A DNA stretch of 37,079 nucleotides from a candidate division FCPU426 bacterium. Lineage in GTDB: Bacteria; Oederibacteriota; JAAXVQ01; JAUVAV01. The stretch is from positions 1 through 37,079 of the forward strand of contig JAFGIQ010000148.1 of the NCBI GenBank assembly GCA_016929575.1. The letters are read 5' to 3'. A program made the translations under genes and the position numbers. Within the stretch, counting starts at the first letter, position 1. Each line of letters opens with the position of its first letter. Below, piece by piece: positions 24,301-33,256 of this stretch. The notes under the pieces are model-generated. The model was not told the origin of the DNA, searched no databases, and was given only the letters and a program-made list of their open reading frames with translations.

Positions 24301-27016
24301 CAACCTCCAGATTATCCAGTGACAAATCAGCGGTATATTTTTGTTGTTTTTTTACATCCTCATAAGATCCTTTGACTTTCAGATCTCCTGTCCAGAAACG
24401 TTTGCCTATGGCAAATGTCTTCATCCAAACCAATATCTGGAAAGGGCCGGCGTTTTTACCCAATTCCGTTTCCAAGACCGCATTGAATTTACCCTGCGGT
24501 TGCACCAATTCCATCTCTTTTATCCACACCCGCCAGCCGTTGGTTGAAAAATCAAGGGATCCGGAGGAAGCGTGGATATTCCCATATTCAAACCGGTCCA
24601 GGTGGATGTCGCCGCTTGACTTCAGTTGTTTGAAACCTCCGGACAGTTTGATGCTTCCCCGGATAGTGCCGTCGGTCTTCTTGGGCGGTTCCCAACCGCC
24701 CAAGAAGGCGATGTGCTTGACCGGCATTCCGTTAAAAACGATGTCGCCGGCAATATGGGATTGTTTTCCAAACCCCAATTGTCCGTTGAAGGCAAGCCGG
24801 CTGCGATCTATGCCGATGTTGGAAAAACGTATTGCCTGCAAGCTGACATGCAACTCTCCCCGGGCGTCCAGATTCTTGCCTTTTTTTAAAATCAGCGCCG
24901 GAGTATTAAAACGCCCGTTCAAATGAGGATCCCGCCAGGTTCCCGTGACTTCGCCGGTAAAATTAACCGTGCCATTCAAATGCCGGAGTTCCGAGGGCAG
25001 CAGGGGTATGGTCTGGATGGGCAATTCCTGCGCCTGTATTTTTCCGCGCAATGCTTCGGGTTGCCCGACATTCCAGTCGCCGCTGGCTTGCAACAATTGC
25101 CGTTGGCCGCGCGTCATACTGAATTGTTTCAACCACCATCCGCGCTCACGTTTTTTGATTTCCATATTTACTTGGGCATTTTGCAGAGGACCCCAATCGG
25201 TGTTGAAATACAATTGCAGGGATTCGTCGTTGTAGGCCAAACGGCCTTTAATATTCCGCAAGATGGTCTTTGACACCGACACCTGCGGCGCGGTCAATTC
25301 AGCATACAAGCTGGGATGCCTCATCGACCCTGATATGGTCAGCAGCCCTCCCAGGCGGCCTTTCATGCCTTCCAAGCCCAGCAGGCCGGTAATATCTTCC
25401 ACGGACACATTCCTGGCGTCCCCGCGAAAAGCCACGATGGCCGGTTCTTGCTCATTTTCCGGTAACAGAATATGGCCGCGTCCCTCGAGCCAGCCTTGGG
25501 CGATGATGCCGCGGGCCAAAAGCAGGCGCAATTCACGGGCATGGTAGCGCGTGATAACTTCCACCCGCCGGATCTCCATCTTGCCTATGCTGCCCGTCGA
25601 CATGTTGAAATTCGCAGTCACCGCCAGATCGGGAGCCTGGCCTTTTATCAAAATGGCCGCCTTGCCTGTCCCGCTGGCATGCAACTGGGCCAAGCGGGGG
25701 AAAAAACCTATCAAATCCGAAAGTTCAAGTTCATCGCTTTCAACACGTATGTTAATGGCCGGAGTCTGGATATTTTGAATTTTCCCTCTGGCCGTCCAAG
25801 CGGTTTTGCCTAAAATGGCCTGCATGCTCTTGAGGGTAATGTCGCGGTCCTGTAAAAAAACCACACCGAAAATATTTTGCAGGGACTCGCGCAGCCAATG
25901 GGTTTTAAGGGACAGGTCATACAGTATCAGTTTTCCTTTGACGCCAACCCCGGGGATCAGGTCTTGGTCCGTGGGCGGGCGTGTGGCCAGACTCAATTCC
26001 AAATCCGCCTGACCGCCGGTAAACTCAAAATATTCCGATAGATGGGCGACACGGCCAAACGGGGATAAAGCCATGCGGCTGGCCTTCATGTGTAAACGAA
26101 AGGAGTTTCCAGGCACATCCAAAATCCCTGACATCCTCACATTTTGACGCCGGTTGTCGTCCGTTCTCCCGGACAAATACAGACGGGCAGCAGCAGGGTC
26201 CTTGAGATTCAACAATCCTTTCAACCGCCGGATGCTGGCGGTATGCAGGCCGTCGGTGAATCTGATCTCCCCTCCAACCAGGGAGAAGCGAATCGGCGGC
26301 ACAGCGGCCGGCGCGGCCGGACCTGCCGTCAATGCCGGCGGGAAGCCAAAAACCAAATGGGGTGTCCGCCATTTGCCGGCCGGCGTTCTTTCAAATTGTA
26401 TCAAGGGGTGAATGAGCTGGATGGAGTGGATGCTGTCCGCCAAGGATCGTTTGCGGACCAAAATGTCCCACAGCGAGTATTGCACCACCACCCGCCGAAT
26501 GGTGATATCCAGGGATTCCGGCACCTGCGTCCGGGTGGACAGGAGTATATCCCGCAGCACCACGCGGTCAAAAATCCCCCCCTCCAGGTGGCCCACGCTT
26601 ACATGGCGCTGGAGGGCTTTGGAGAGCTCTTGCTCCAGTTGCGGTTTATATCGGTTGGCTACCACTCCGCTTGAAGAAGCAAGCCAAAATCCGCCCACGA
26701 TGATAAAAGCAACTCCGAATGGCAGGAACAATGAAAACAACGGATGGCGCGCTTTTTGAATGCGGCCCGGCGGCAAATGCAAATGCATGTGCGCCGGTTT
26801 CGGCCGTGCTGGCAACTGCACCCTGCTTTTGCCCGTTCCCGGGGCGATCGGCCCTGACGCCCCCTCCCGCTTTACAACCGGGGCCGCGTGCACCTTTGTC
26901 AAAGCAGATTTTTTTGCCTTGCCCGTGGCCTGTCCTGGTTTTTTGCCTACCGGGCGTTTCTTTTTTTTCGGCCGGTGTGACCTTCCTGATTTTGTCATTC
27001 TGCGGACAAGGGGCAA
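21392..27016 (-). CDS. tamB: Giant TamB/AsmA-like translocation-and-assembly-module protein
   Basis: 1874-aa ORF with a TTG start 5 nt after the clpC stop; an ATG lies at 26998. A polybasic N-terminus is followed by one TM helix (LFSLFLPFGVAFIIVGGFWLASS). A very long beta-rich region follows. The C-terminal segment is DUF490/TamB-like (...GLEYNLDSSKKFKIYKNFDVDSDQELFWGIEGRVQFE). It sits directly upstream of bamA, the conserved tamB-bamA arrangement. Confidence 0.85.
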   Translation of the reverse strand: MPLVRRMTKSGRSHRPKKKKRPVGKKPGQATGKAKKSALTKVHAAPVVKREGASGPIAPGTGKSRVQLPARPKPAHMHLHLPPGRIQKARHPLFSLFLPFGVAFIIVGGFWLASSSGVVANRYKPQLEQELSKALQRHVSVGHLEGGIFDRVVLRDILLSTRTQVPESLDITIRRVVVQYSLWDILVRKRSLADSIHSIQLIHPLIQFERTPAGKWRTPHLVFGFPPALTAGPAAPAAVPPIRFSLVGGEIRFTDGLHTASIRRLKGLLNLKDPAAARLYLSGRTDDNRRQNVRMSGILDVPGNSFRLHMKASRMALSPFGRVAHLSEYFEFTGGQADLELSLATRPPTDQDLIPGVGVKGKLILYDLSLKTHWLRESLQNIFGVVFLQDRDITLKSMQAILGKTAWTARGKIQNIQTPAINIRVESDELELSDLIGFFPRLAQLHASGTGKAAILIKGQAPDLAVTANFNMSTGSIGKMEIRRVEVITRYHARELRLLLARGIIAQGWLEGRGHILLPENEQEPAIVAFRGDARNVSVEDITGLLGLEGMKGRLGGLLTISGSMRHPSLYAELTAPQVSVSKTILRNIKGRLAYNDESLQLYFNTDWGPLQNAQVNMEIKKRERGWWLKQFSMTRGQRQLLQASGDWNVGQPEALRGKIQAQELPIQTIPLLPSELRHLNGTVNFTGEVTGTWRDPHLNGRFNTPALILKKGKNLDARGELHVSLQAIRFSNIGIDRSRLAFNGQLGFGKQSHIAGDIVFNGMPVKHIAFLGGWEPPKKTDGTIRGSIKLSGGFKQLKSSGDIHLDRFEYGNIHASSGSLDFSTNGWRVWIKEMELVQPQGKFNAVLETELGKNAGPFQILVWMKTFAIGKRFWTGDLKVKGSYEDVKKQQKYTADLSLDNLEVDGQVLPAAHGEVMLEGNKVKLTHFYWGKDFSCSGAYSLGSVRQGQAQIAFTHSNLRALRTVFASKPEALTEFVTGIVTASLQDQQVGVNWRLETAQGLLQGQAGGKLSRENKMERFQGQLQLQDINTPTLFDLFLLAEPKHAPQGIITGQLAFAGGQGKLDNFAGNLQFTDFIFGRWNFKTLKTAWESNGTNIVITELHGIQPRGSLQSEKGLILRKADGSLDVSLQLLADNFFFFSRRYHGHFTVAGKLEVSPFDLQLAVASSDFQLNLYPFNDFRAHVRYYGENLSIRTPADYPYQIYGDLGLPPGGDVIFRRLTISDQRQVYVDVQGKIEGQGKSDLLVKVKNVPADVLARSLGWPQPWTGMVSGSFRYTDPNHVTRFDINVKIDNGSVLNLPFDTFFGQIVVDNDWLNFVGAEGSCVLRRFGKYTILLSGKLPLPQSDQAAEALKGAEMDLRVKMAEGDLSYITFIPYFAHATGKSTLDLRVKGTMDYPSLNGRASVEKGTLWPRLYTPEITHLDADIRFEDNKMYVNKLEGRIGKGRLLIMPGPAGDWVSVFRRLQPHELNLRLESGEKPIRLDTTEDVEFVTADAKVNLVLAGTMESPVLGGTLELSDGQFTFPAKALTKFTKESKPSNMGYDQFKMISRKNIWYYNDMVRAQIKPDQAVVLNGNRHMFSAEGRVMVSKGSFTYLETDFTLDPNEETALSCQGREKPRLDALAKTVIRNVHLKDEGLSRDVTIYLRVRGALGALKITLESEPALTQAQIMSLLTLGEDYSNWSQEQIDQKVQAAGARVLGRLAGNLIGREIEKSIKKITPLDVIDIRLGGVEKLADNIMSGGNTVSAESGGNSDITGTSLLQDTQIDVGKYLTDDLFLNYRGILKDRGEEKGGLAWQSYLGLEYNLDSSKKFKIYKNFDVDSDQELFWGIEGRVQFEGWNPEKDTKEEKTVLPTKSRPLLPTPTPIIHQNIMN

Positions 27017-27021
27017 TCGAT

Positions 27022-29454
27022 TTACGCCTCGACTTTCACCTCAAACTTGACAACATCATTCAGCGGGCGGGGTTCCACCACGTTCCCATCCTTGATCTCG
27101 CCTTTGAGTATCAGCTCGGCCAGGGGATCTTCAATCAAGCGTTGAATGGCGCGTTTCAAGGGGCGTGCGCCCATCTGGGGATTGTATCCTCTTTCTATTA
27201 AAAAATCCTTGACCTCGATGGTGACATGCAGACTGACATTTTTTTCTTTTAAGCGGAGATTGACATAACCCAGCAAAAGGTCCACGATCTTATCCAGGTG
27301 GCTCCGCTCCAGGTTGTGAAACACGATCACTTCATCCACCCGGTTGAGAAATTCGGGATTAAAAACCTTCTTTACCTCTCCCATCACCTTGTCTTTCATG
27401 CTGCGATGTGTCATTTCGGCCGTCGAGGGTTGAAAACCAATGCCGCCCCCCCCTTTGTCAATAAGGCGGGCGCCGATGTTGCTGGTCATGATGACAACCG
27501 TGTTTTTGAAATCCACCACGCGGCCGTTGTTGTCCGTCAACCGCCCGTCTTCCAGAACCTGCAGCAGGATGTTAAAGACATCGGGATGCGCCTTTTCAAT
27601 CTCGTCAAAGAGAATGACGGAATACGGATTTCGCCTTACCTTTTCGGTCAATTGGCCGCCTTCATCGTGGCCGATGTATCCCGGAGGCGCGCCCACCAAA
27701 CGGGAAACGGCGAATTTTTCCATGTATTCGGACATATCAATCCGGATCAGGGTGTTTTCGTCTTCGAAAAGAAACTCCGCCAGCGCCCGGGCCATTTCCG
27801 TCTTGCCTACGCCGGTCGGCCCCAGGAAGATGAATGACCCGATGGGCCGTTTGGGATCCGCCACACCGGCACGGGATCTGCGCACAGACCGGGAAATGGC
27901 GTTGATGGCCTCCTCCTGTCCGATGATGCGCTTGTGCAGTTCAGCCTCCATGCGCAACAATTTTGCGGATTCCTGTTCTTCCAGCTTGAAAACAGGCACG
28001 CCCGTCCACTTGCTGATGATCACAGCGATCTCTTCCTCGTTGACGCTGACGACGTTTTGGTTTTTGGATTGCTCCCACAACCGCTTTTTCTCCTCTTTTT
28101 TCTGCCGCAGCGCCTTGATCTTGTCCCGCAGATTGGCTGCCCTTTCAAACTCCTGCATTTTGATGGCCGCCTCTTTCTCCTTGTTGATTTCATCAATTTC
28201 ATCCTCGGTTTTTTTAAGGTCAGGCGGCAGAATGGCGGAGGATAAGCGCGCCCTGGCTCCGGCTTCGTCCATGACATCGATAGCCTTGTCGGGCAAAAGC
28301 CTTCCGGAAATGTATCGTTCGGAAAGTCTGGCTGCGGCAACCAAGGCATCATCCGTATAATGCACCCGGTGATGCGCCTCATAGCGGTCGCGAAGTCCTT
28401 TCAATATCTGGATGGTTTCCTCCACACTGGGAGCAACCACCTTGATGGACTGGAAGCGCCTTTCCAGGGCGCCGTCCTTTTCGATATATTTCCGGTACTC
28501 ATCCATGGTGGTGGCGCCAATGCATTGCACCTCCCCTCTGGCCAACGCGGGTTTGAGCATGTTGGAGGCGTCGATGGCTCCCTCGGCCGCGCCGGCCCCC
28601 ACCAGGGTATGCAATTCGTCGATAAAAAGGATAATGCTGGCCGAGGCGGTCTTGATCTCCTGCATAACGGTCTTGAGGCGTTCCTCGAATTCCCCGCGGT
28701 ACTTGGTGCCGGCAACCACGGCTGCCAGGTCCAAGGTGACAATCCGTTTGCCCAGCAACAACTCCGGGATATTGCCCGTCACGATCTTCTGGGCCAGCCC
28801 CTCGGCAATGGCGGTCTTGCCCACGCCGGGTTCGCCGATCAGCACGGGATTATTCTTGGTGCGCCGGCACAATATCTGGATCACACGTTCAATTTCGTCC
28901 TCCCGGCCGATCACCGGATCCAGTTTTCCCTCACGGCTGAGCTGGGTCAGGTCCCGGCCGAATGCATCCAGGGTCGGGGTGTTGGTTTTCGCCTGGCTCT
29001 GCATGTATTTGGGCAAATTCCCGCCTAAAAGATAAATAGTCATCTCCCGCGCCTTTTCAATTCTCAGGTTGAATCTCTCCAGCACCCTGGAAGCCACGCC
29101 CTCGCCTTCGCGAACAAGCCCCAGCAAAATATGCTCGGTGCCAATGTAATTGTGCCCTAGCGCCTGTGCTTCTTCCAGTGCCAGTTCCAGAACTTTTTTA
29201 GCCCGCGGGGTGAAGGGTACTTCACCCAAGGTCATGGTGCCGCCGCCCATGTTGATGGATTTTTCCACCTCCAGCTTGATGCGTTCCAAATCCAATCCCA
29301 AATTTTCCAGTACCGCGGTGGCCACGCCCCCGCCCTCTTTAATCAACCCCAGCAGAAGGTGCTCGGTGCCGATGTAGTCATGTCCCAGGCGCGCCGCTTC
29401 TTCACGCGCCAGATTGATTATTTTCTTTGCCCGTTCGGTAAATTTATCAAACAT
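27022..29454 (-). CDS. clpC: ATP-dependent Clp protease ATP-binding subunit ClpC
   Basis: 810-aa ORF. The N-terminal Clp repeats read [37 protein letters not shown]. The two AAA+ modules carry [13 protein letters not shown] and [20 protein letters not shown]-like middle domain is present ([15 protein letters not shown]). Confidence 0.95.
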   Translation of the reverse strand: MFDKFTERAKKIINLAREEAARLGHDYIGTEHLLLGLIKEGGGVATAVLENLGLDLERIKLEVEKSINMGGGTMTLGEVPFTPRAKKVLELALEEAQALGHNYIGTEHILLGLVREGEGVASRVLERFNLRIEKAREMTIYLLGGNLPKYMQSQAKTNTPTLDAFGRDLTQLSREGKLDPVIGREDEIERVIQILCRRTKNNPVLIGEPGVGKTAIAEGLAQKIVTGNIPELLLGKRIVTLDLAAVVAGTKYRGEFEERLKTVMQEIKTASASIILFIDELHTLVGAGAAEGAIDASNMLKPALARGEVQCIGATTMDEYRKYIEKDGALERRFQSIKVVAPSVEETIQILKGLRDRYEAHHRVHYTDDALVAAARLSERYISGRLLPDKAIDVMDEAGARARLSSAILPPDLKKTEDEIDEINKEKEAAIKMQEFERAANLRDKIKALRQKKEEKKRLWEQSKNQNVVSVNEEEIAVIISKWTGVPVFKLEEQESAKLLRMEAELHKRIIGQEEAINAISRSVRRSRAGVADPKRPIGSFIFLGPTGVGKTEMARALAEFLFEDENTLIRIDMSEYMEKFAVSRLVGAPPGYIGHDEGGQLTEKVRRNPYSVILFDEIEKAHPDVFNILLQVLEDGRLTDNNGRVVDFKNTVVIMTSNIGARLIDKGGGGIGFQPSTAEMTHRSMKDKVMGEVKKVFNPEFLNRVDEVIVFHNLERSHLDKIVDLLLGYVNLRLKEKNVSLHVTIEVKDFLIERGYNPQMGARPLKRAIQRLIEDPLAELILKGEIKDGNVVEPRPLNDVVKFEVKVEA

Positions 29455-29678
29455 GATATCTTCCCTCCTGCGCGATGCTTCATTGCTAACCAGGCCAGAT
29501 CACCCAGCCCTGGTTTGCGTACTGATGCCAGCCTGCAAAAAATCCTCTTTAACCCGGCAGCATGCGCGGCCAAAGCCGGCTGCCGGCAAACCTTCACGCC
29601 TTGCCTCTTTCATCCAAACAATCATCGTGAGTGCAAAATTCCACACCTGCTCCCAACCTCTTTTTGCCTGTCCTTATT

Positions 29679-30737
29679 CTAACCGCCCGGCAAGCATCCT
29701 TTCAAGCGTTTCTGCACCCATTCAGCCCGGCGCAAATATTCCTCTTTGCCGCCGAGGGTCTTTTTCGTCAATAATTGCAGATGGGCGGGCTGTATCTGCA
29801 GCAGCAATTCGTTCAAAATGGCCCTGGGCAGGTTTTTGAGCAATCCCAGTTCCGAGCCCAAGCGGAGGGTGGACAACAAATCCAGCGCCTCCTCGAAACC
29901 CAGCAACCGGCAACGGCTGACAATGCCGACAGCCCTGCCGATCTTATCCTCGAGCAGCTTGGGGTCGTCCTTAAGCAGCTTTTGCCGCGCTTCATTTTCC
30001 CGTTCGACGATTTGCCTGGTTACGCCCAGCAAATGGCGGATGATTTCCTCTTCTGTCCGTCCCAGTGTCATTTGGTTGCTCACTTGAAAAAAAACGCTGC
30101 GCAGTTCCGTGCCTTCGCCGTAGAATCCCCGTACCGCCAGCCCCATATGCAACACGGCCTGCAGCACCTGGACAATCCCTCTGGTGAGAGTCAGCGCCGG
30201 CAAATGCAGCATCACCGAGGCCCTCAGTCCTGTACCCACGTTTGTGGGGCAGGCGGTTAAAAATCCGAATTCCCGATGGCTTGCCAAATCAAAGCCCCTG
30301 CTGACCAACTCGTCCAGCAGCTGCGCGTCCTTCAGCGACTTTTCAAGATTCAGGCCCTCATGGATGACCTGCAATCGAAAATGGTCTTCTTCATTGATGA
30401 TGACAGAAGTGGTTTGCCCCGGGCCGGTGGCCAGTCCCGTGAAGTCGGGTTCCCGGGCCGACTCCATATGCACCAGCCCGCGTTCGGCCAAAACGCCGCG
30501 GTAGACATTGTCCAGATCGCGCAAGCGGTTGAACATCACCAATGGTTTGCCCTCATGCGCGCGCATAAAACTTTCCACTTCCCCCAAAAACTTTTCGCGC
30601 TCTTTTTTTTCCATGGCATGAGGAAAACGATAGGTTTTCACATTCCTCGCCAGGCGCACACGCGTTGAGATGACAATGTTTTCCTTCGCCTGGATTTTTT
30701 TCAACCAGGCGGGAAAAGCCATTCTCTTCCCGGTCAT
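29679..30737 (-). CDS. mcsB: Protein arginine kinase McsB
   Basis: 352-aa ORF abutting the mcsA stop. It has a phosphagen-kinase-like domain with IVISTRVRLARNVKTYRFP and FLTACPTNVGTGLRASVMLHLPAL. Confidence 0.92.
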   Translation of the reverse strand: MTGKRMAFPAWLKKIQAKENIVISTRVRLARNVKTYRFPHAMEKKEREKFLGEVESFMRAHEGKPLVMFNRLRDLDNVYRGVLAERGLVHMESAREPDFTGLATGPGQTTSVIINEEDHFRLQVIHEGLNLEKSLKDAQLLDELVSRGFDLASHREFGFLTACPTNVGTGLRASVMLHLPALTLTRGIVQVLQAVLHMGLAVRGFYGEGTELRSVFFQVSNQMTLGRTEEEIIRHLLGVTRQIVERENEARQKLLKDDPKLLEDKIGRAVGIVSRCRLLGFEEALDLLSTLRLGSELGLLKNLPRAILNELLLQIQPAHLQLLTKKTLGGKEEYLRRAEWVQKRLKGCLPGG

Positions 30738-31238
30738 TTATTTTTCCCTGCCTTCCAAATGGCGGATCCGGTCCCGCAATTGGGCCGCCAGTTCAAACTG
30801 CTCGCCGGTAATGGCATGATGCAGTTGATCCTTGATCTCTTTTAGTTCCCTTTGTTTCCTCTTTTTTTCCAGCTCCTGGCTGTACTGCCGGCGTCCCCGG
30901 TGTTCCTCCGATTTATGAAATTGACGGAAAAGCGGCAACAGATTCTCCCGAAAGGCATCATAACAGTCGGCGCAACCAAAGCGCCCCACTTCGCGGAAGT
31001 GCGCAAAAGTCGTGCCGCAGCGCGGACATTTTCCCACTGCCTCGGTTACAGCGGTCGCACCCAATTCCAGGATGGAAGCCAATATATCATGAATAGCCAT
31101 TGCGGGTTTGGCCAACATCTCGCCCAGATGGCGTTTTTGGGCGCACGTTTCGCAAATGTGCATGGCGGTTTGCTTGCCGTTGATCGTTTCGATCAGGTAG
31201 ACGTTAGCCTCTTCCTGATGGCATAGCTGGCATTGCAT
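30738..31238 (-). CDS. mcsA: McsA, activator of protein arginine kinase (zinc-finger plus UVR motif protein)
   Basis: The ORF track starts at a TTG at 31265. I prefer the ATG at 31238, which has GAGGAGGAAG about 9 nt upstream. That start gives MQCQLCHQEEANVYLIETINGKQTAMHICETCAQK, matching the McsA N-terminus. A second zinc motif CPRC...CADC is present, and the C-terminal UVR motif reads EQFELAAQLRDRIRHLE. Confidence 0.88.
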   Translation of the reverse strand: MQCQLCHQEEANVYLIETINGKQTAMHICETCAQKRHLGEMLAKPAMAIHDILASILELGATAVTEAVGKCPRCGTTFAHFREVGRFGCADCYDAFRENLLPLFRQFHKSEEHRGRRQYSQELEKKRKQRELKEIKDQLHHAITGEQFELAAQLRDRIRHLEGREK

Positions 31239-31932
31239 GTCCGTCTGCTTCCTCCTCGCTGACAATCAATCCGTCTTCCAAAGTGATGATGCGGTCGGCT
31301 GATTTTCCCAATTCCGGATTATGGGTGACAACAACAATGGTTTGTTTGTACATCCGGTTCAGTTCCCTGAACAAAGCATGGATATCGCCGGCTGTTTTTC
31401 CGTCCAGGTCCCCGGTCGGCTCGTCCGCCAGCAGAATTTCCGGTTCATTCATCAAGGCGCGGGCAATGGCAACGCGTTGTTGCTCCCCGCCGGACAACTC
31501 CCCCGGCCGGTGCTGGCTGCGTTTGGCCAAGCCCACCTGTTGCAGCAACAACCGTCCCCGTTCGGCCGCCGGCCCGCGTGCCGCTCCCGCGATCAGGGCC
31601 GGCATCATGACGTTTTCCTCGGCCGTAAACTCAGGCAACAAATGGTGCATTTGAAAGACAAACCCGACATGGCGGTTGCGGCTGCGGGACAGGGTTTCAT
31701 CATTTTGCAAAAAAAGCTCCTGGCTTGCTATTTTCACCGAACCGGCGCTGGGGTGCATCAGGCCCCCGGCAATGTTTAAAAGCGTGGTCTTCCCTGCTCC
31801 GGAAGGGCCCATGATCGCCACCACCTCGCCTTTGGCCACGGACAGACTGACGCCTTTGAGCACAGACAACGTCTGCGGGCCTATCAAAAAAGACTTCCGG
31901 ATGTCCCGTATTTCCAGGATGGGTTCATTCAT
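31204..31932 (-). CDS. lolD: Lipoprotein-releasing ABC transporter ATP-binding protein LolD
   Basis: 242-aa ORF. Walker A is GPSGAGKTT. The LolD-type motif is FVFQMHHLLPEFTAEENV. The signature is LSGGEQQRVAIARAL and Walker B is LLADEPTG. It overlaps the lolC/E stop by 8 nt. Confidence 0.9.
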   Translation of the reverse strand: MNEPILEIRDIRKSFLIGPQTLSVLKGVSLSVAKGEVVAIMGPSGAGKTTLLNIAGGLMHPSAGSVKIASQELFLQNDETLSRSRNRHVGFVFQMHHLLPEFTAEENVMMPALIAGAARGPAAERGRLLLQQVGLAKRSQHRPGELSGGEQQRVAIARALMNEPEILLADEPTGDLDGKTAGDIHALFRELNRMYKQTIVVVTHNPELGKSADRIITLEDGLIVSEEEADGHAMPAMPSGRG

Positions 31933-33232
31933 AGCGTATCGCTTCCACCGGATCCAACCGCGAAGCCTGCCAAGCCGGATAGACGGTTGATACCAGGCAC
32001 ACCAAAAGGGATAAAACCGTGATCAGCAGTACATCCATTGCCTGCGTAGCCACCGGAAGCTTTTCAATATAATACACGCTGCCGCCTCCGGGAATTTGCA
32101 GGGGATACAGTTTTAAAAAAAGGCAGGTGATAAGCCCCCCGGCCAAACCCAACAGGGTCCCGCCCACGCCGATATTCGCCCCTTCCATGATAAACAGGCG
32201 GAGGATGAACCGGCGGCTGGCGCCGATCGCCTTTAAAATGCCGATGTCCCTTTTTTTCTCCATCACCACCATGATCAAGGTGGAGGCGATGTTGAAGGCC
32301 GCCACCATGACAATCATAATGAGGATGATGAACATGACGATCTTTTCGGTTTCCAGGGCAGTGGCCAGGTTGCGGTTCAGGGCCATGAAATCCCGGGCCC
32401 AAAAATCGTTTCCAAGCTTTTGTAAATCCCGGGCCACACTGCCGGCCCTTTCCAATTGATCCACGCGGACGGCCATGCCGTTTACTGCAGCCGGTTGTTC
32501 AAAAAGCAATTGTGCGGTCTCCAAAGAGACATAGGCAAAAGTGGCATCATATTCATACATGCCGGCCTCGAAAATACCCACCACCTGAAAGGTTGCCACC
32601 TTGGGCACAGTTCCCGCAGCCGTGACTTTAAAAACCGGAGCCACAATGGTTATTTCGTCCCCGGTCAAAACCCCCAACTTGCGGGCCACTTCCATGCCGA
32701 CGACCACGCCCCGCCCGCGCAGCGGGTTATCACCCGGTTGGGAAGGCTGGTTGAGTTTGTCCAGCGACCCGCTTTTCATCATCTGCCCCAAACGCGTCAC
32801 CTTTTTCTCGCGTTGAACGTCTATCCCCCAAATCAATACCCCCTCGACGTGGTTGTCCCTTTTCAACATCACCTGGTTGGCCAGATAAGGGGCAACCGCC
32901 TGGACATGCTTTTGCTGTTCGACCTGCCGCATCAGGTCCTGCCAGCGGCTTATTCCGCCTTGGTCATAGCTGGCGAGGACAACATGCGCCTGGGCGCCGA
33001 TAATTTTTTTCCGTATATCCTCCCGGAATCCGTTCATGACCGACATCACCACAATCAACGCCATCACGCCCAGCGCAACTCCGACCACGGAAATCACGGA
33101 AATCAGCGAGATAAAGGTCTCCTTTTGCTTGGCACGCAGGTAGCGCAAAGCGATGTGATACTCATATGGCAGAGGCACTATTGGTTTCCTCACGCGGCTG
33201 GTCCTGCAACGACAGGGCACCCGCCAGCTCAT
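31925..33232 (-). CDS. Lipoprotein-releasing ABC transporter permease, LolC/LolE family (FtsX-like)
   Basis: 435-aa ORF. Motifs include IALRYLRAKQKETFISLISVISVVGVALGVMALIVVMSVMNGF, a periplasmic loop, and the C-terminal FtsX domain (GILKAIGASRRFILRLF). A GTG at 33178 preceded by GAGGAAA is a plausible true start (MPLPYEYHIALRYL). Confidence 0.88.
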   Translation of the reverse strand: MSWRVPCRCRTSRVRKPIVPLPYEYHIALRYLRAKQKETFISLISVISVVGVALGVMALIVVMSVMNGFREDIRKKIIGAQAHVVLASYDQGGISRWQDLMRQVEQQKHVQAVAPYLANQVMLKRDNHVEGVLIWGIDVQREKKVTRLGQMMKSGSLDKLNQPSQPGDNPLRGRGVVVGMEVARKLGVLTGDEITIVAPVFKVTAAGTVPKVATFQVVGIFEAGMYEYDATFAYVSLETAQLLFEQPAAVNGMAVRVDQLERAGSVARDLQKLGNDFWARDFMALNRNLATALETEKIVMFIILIMIVMVAAFNIASTLIMVVMEKKRDIGILKAIGASRRFILRLFIMEGANIGVGGTLLGLAGGLITCLFLKLYPLQIPGGGSVYYIEKLPVATQAMDVLLITVLSLLVCLVSTVYPAWQASRLDPVEAIRYE

Positions 33233-33256
33233 TATTCATTGACACGCATGGGCCGC

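Noticed and set aside
29516-29530. Sigma54-like -24/-12 element (CTGGCATCAGTACGCAA, minus strand) upstream of clpC
   Set aside because: On recounting, the GG-to-GC spacing is one nucleotide shorter than the strict TGGCAC-N5-TTGC geometry, and the -12 TTGC is not matched.
29629-29637. CIRCE or CtsR operator upstream of clpC
   Set aside because: Only a half-site resembling CIRCE (TTTGCACTC) is present, with no inverted partner 9 nt away. No GGTCAAA-type CtsR direct repeat was found in 29455-29678.
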